This document shows, in pieces, positions 61,870-64,000 of a stretch of DNA of 64,000 nucleotides. Each line of letters begins with the position of its first letter. Position 1 is the stretch's first letter. The stretch comes from Rhodospirillales bacterium (GTDB lineage: Bacteria > Pseudomonadota > Alphaproteobacteria > CACIAM-22H2): the NCBI GenBank assembly GCA_016794005.1, contig JAEUKY010000207.1:17630-81629 (forward strand), read 5' to 3'. The notes beneath the pieces were generated by a model. The model saw only the letters and a program-made list of their open reading frames with translations. It was not told the origin of the DNA and searched no databases. Position numbers and translations under genes: made by a program.

Positions 61870-63579
61870 ATGGACGAGATCGAGAACGGGCGATGGGACT
61901 TCGCCATCGTCGGCGGCGGCAGTGCGGGATGCGTGCTCGCCAGCCGCCTGTCGGAGAACCCGAAGCATCGTGTCCTGCTGGTCGAAGCGGGGCGCGACGT
62001 CCCGCCGGGGCAGGAAGGATCGGCCATCCGCGACATGTATCCGGGCAGGGCAGCGTTCGATCCGGCCAACCACTGGAGCGATGTCGCGGCGCATTTCGTC
62101 CCGGTCGGCCACAACGCGCCCGAACGTCCTGCCCCGCGCCACTACGAGCAGGCGAAGCTGGTGGGCGGCGGATCATCGATCAACGGCCAGGTCGCCAATC
62201 GCGGAACACCCGACGATTACGACGAGTGGGCAAGCCTCGGCGCTTCGGGCTGGAACTGGGACAGCGTCCTGCCCTATTTCCGCAAACTGGAGCGTGACCT
62301 CGATTATTCCGGCCCGCTGCACGGTGCGGACGGTCCGATCCCGATCCACCGCATTCCGCACGAGAAATGGCCGATCTACTCGACGGCCGCGGCGCGGGCG
62401 CTAGAGACGCTCGGCTATTCAGACATCCGCGACCAGAACGGCATTTTTAGCGACGGATACTTCGCGCAGACCCTTTCCAACGACGGCACGCATCGCGTAT
62501 CGGCTGCTATGGCGTATCTCGGCGCGGATGTCCGCAGACGGGCGAATCTTGCGGTCCTCGCGGAAGCGAGCGTCGTCGGATTGATCGCGGACGGGCGACG
62601 CATCTGCGGAATCGAGGTTCGGCGGAACGGCCGCAAGGTGCGGATCGAAGCGACCGAGACGATCTTGTCAGCCGGCGCCATCCACACGCCCGCGATCCTG
62701 CTGCGCGCCGGCATCGGGCCCGGCGACGCGGCGATGCGGATGGGAATACCCGTCGTCGCGGACCTGCCCGGCATCGGCCGGAACCTGCAGGAGCATCCCG
62801 GCATATCGGTTTCCGCATATCTGAAGCCGGCGGCACGGCTAAAAGCCACACGCCGGCATATCCATGTTTCGTTGCGCTACAGTTCCGGCCATCCGGACTG
62901 TCCGCCTTCCGACATGTACATGATGGTCGTCGCGAAGTCCGCATGGCATCCGCTCGGCCCGCGCATCGGGTCGCTCGTCTCGTGGCTCAACAAGGTGCAT
63001 TCGCGCGGCGCAGTTTCGCTTCGGTCACCCGATCCGGCCGTCGGACCGCTCGCCGAATTCAACTTCCTCGCCGATCCACGCGACGCCGCGCGCCTGATCG
63101 ACAGCGTGCGTTTCATGGCACGCGTCATGGCCGCGTCGCCGCTTTCGGAACTTGTCGAGCATCCGTCTCCGTCGAGCTATTCGGGCTTCGCACGGGCGCT
63201 CGGAAAACAGAGCCTGCGCAATCTCCTGCTCACCGCACCTGCCGCTTTCGCGATCGATGCGCTGCCGCCGATGCGGAAGTTCCTGTTCGACAACTTCGTA
63301 TCGGGTGGCCGGACGCTGCCGGAAATCGTCTCCGATTCCGACGCACTCGAAGCCTATGTCCGTTCGAAAGCGTTCGGACAGTGGCATGCCTGCGGCACCT
63401 GCCGCATGGGGCCGGAAGCGGACAGGGATGCCGTCGTCGATCCGGCAAGCGCGCGCGTGCACGGGCTTTCGGGGCTTCGCGTCGTCGACGCGTCCGTGAT
63501 GCCGACAGCGCCGCGCGCGAACCTCAACATCCCCGTCCTGATGATCGCCGAGAAATTCGCCGCCGCGATCCTGGCTTAG
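61870..63579 (+). CDS. GMC-family FAD-dependent oxidoreductase
   Basis: 569-aa ORF, 4 nt after the permease gene. FAD fingerprint DFAIVGGGSAGCVLASRLSE. GMC C-terminal active-site region (GQWHACGTCRMG...VDASVMP). Confidence 0.9.
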   Translation: MDEIENGRWDFAIVGGGSAGCVLASRLSENPKHRVLLVEAGRDVPPGQEGSAIRDMYPGRAAFDPANHWSDVAAHFVPVGHNAPERPAPRHYEQAKLVGGGSSINGQVANRGTPDDYDEWASLGASGWNWDSVLPYFRKLERDLDYSGPLHGADGPIPIHRIPHEKWPIYSTAAARALETLGYSDIRDQNGIFSDGYFAQTLSNDGTHRVSAAMAYLGADVRRRANLAVLAEASVVGLIADGRRICGIEVRRNGRKVRIEATETILSAGAIHTPAILLRAGIGPGDAAMRMGIPVVADLPGIGRNLQEHPGISVSAYLKPAARLKATRRHIHVSLRYSSGHPDCPPSDMYMMVVAKSAWHPLGPRIGSLVSWLNKVHSRGAVSLRSPDPAVGPLAEFNFLADPRDAARLIDSVRFMARVMAASPLSELVEHPSPSSYSGFARALGKQSLRNLLLTAPAAFAIDALPPMRKFLFDNFVSGGRTLPEIVSDSDALEAYVRSKAFGQWHACGTCRMGPEADRDAVVDPASARVHGLSGLRVVDASVMPTAPRANLNIPVLMIAEKFAAAILA

Positions 63580-64000
63580 ACCCAGCCGCCATCGACGATG
63601 TAGTGCTGGTTCGTACAGGCTGACGCCTCTTCTGATGCAAGGAACAGCGCGAACCGCGCCACTTCGTCGGGCTGCAGGCGGCGCTTCAGGCACTGTCGCG
63701 ACATGAGTTCGGCTTCGGATTCAGGCGTCAGCCACTTCTCGATCTGGCGCTCGGTCATGATCCAGCCCGGCGCGATCGCGTTGACGCGGATGTTGAATTT
63801 CCCATAATCGCGCGCCAGCGAGCGCGTGAGCCCCAGGACCGCCGACTTGCTGGCCGTATAGGCGGCCATGCCGCCCTGCCCGACCATCCAGGACGTCGAG
63901 CCGAAATTGACGATCGAACCGCCACCGTTCGCCTTCATGCCCGGCAGGACGGCCTGCGCGGCGAAGAACTGGTGCTTCAGGTTGACCGCGATCCGCTCGT
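63576..64000 (-). CDS. Short-chain dehydrogenase/reductase (SDR), 3-prime part only; the gene runs off the window
   Basis: ORF 63576..63938, with the reading frame continuing open to 64000. YxxxK catalytic motif (AAYTASKSAVLGL), NAIAPGWI, C-terminal VDGGW. The N-terminus lies outside the window. Confidence 0.85.
   Translation of the reverse strand, partial: ERIAVNLKHQFFAAQAVLPGMKANGGGSIVNFGSTSWMVGQGGMAAYTASKSAVLGLTRSLARDYGKFNIRVNAIAPGWIMTERQIEKWLTPESEAELMSRQCLKRRLQPDEVARFALFLASEEASACTNQHYIVDGGWV

Noticed and set aside
1-64000. Scan for CRISPR arrays, tRNA/rRNA genes, IS elements, integrases, toxin-antitoxin pairs or defence-system signatures
   Set aside because: No spaced direct-repeat arrays were seen, and no intergenic gap is large enough for structured RNA genes (the largest spacers are about 130-240 nt). 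No ORF has transposase, recombinase, nuclease or NTPase-defence hallmarks. I therefore do not claim any such system.

Overview
This is a high-GC, densely coding window. I can support about 63 protein genes and found no rRNA, tRNA, CRISPR array, transposase, integrase or phage gene. The codon style, the RR-type signal peptides on several binding proteins and the gene families suggest an alphaproteobacterial (Rhizobiales-like) chromosome arm or chromid, but that is inference only. The content is almost entirely solute uptake plus catabolism. There are eight ABC importers: two Dpp/Opp-type, two HAAT/Liv-type, one Pot-type, two CUT1 sugar-type and one incomplete polar-amino-acid type. They are interleaved with hydrolases, enolase-superfamily enzymes, oxygenases and four transcription factors (LysR, ROK, GntR, and a stand-alone GAF protein as a possible sensor). 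One module is recognisable: a gallate-type meta-cleavage cluster (LysR, PrpF-like tautomerase, LmbE-fold hydratase, RraA-fold aldolase, fused LigB-LigA dioxygenase). I see no defence, toxin or mobile system. Four loci look most worth follow-up. (1) A ROK-controlled sugar-ABC / PfkB kinase / GlmS-type SIS locus carries an intact argininosuccinate-lyase-family gene inside the transporter operon. (2) A roughly 16 kb, 17-gene co-directional array has two importers, a stand-alone GAF protein, an internal promoter with a 10-nt direct repeat, tandem amidohydrolase paralogs, and an M24 / enolase / PhyH trio. (3) An identical bipartite DNA motif flanks the LysR gene and links the gallate genes to a HAAT transporter operon that ends in glcG-like and aroE-like genes. 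(4) An AT-rich promoter appears to give a leaderless enolase-GntR operon. All functions are family-level calls read from the translated ORFs. No database search was run.
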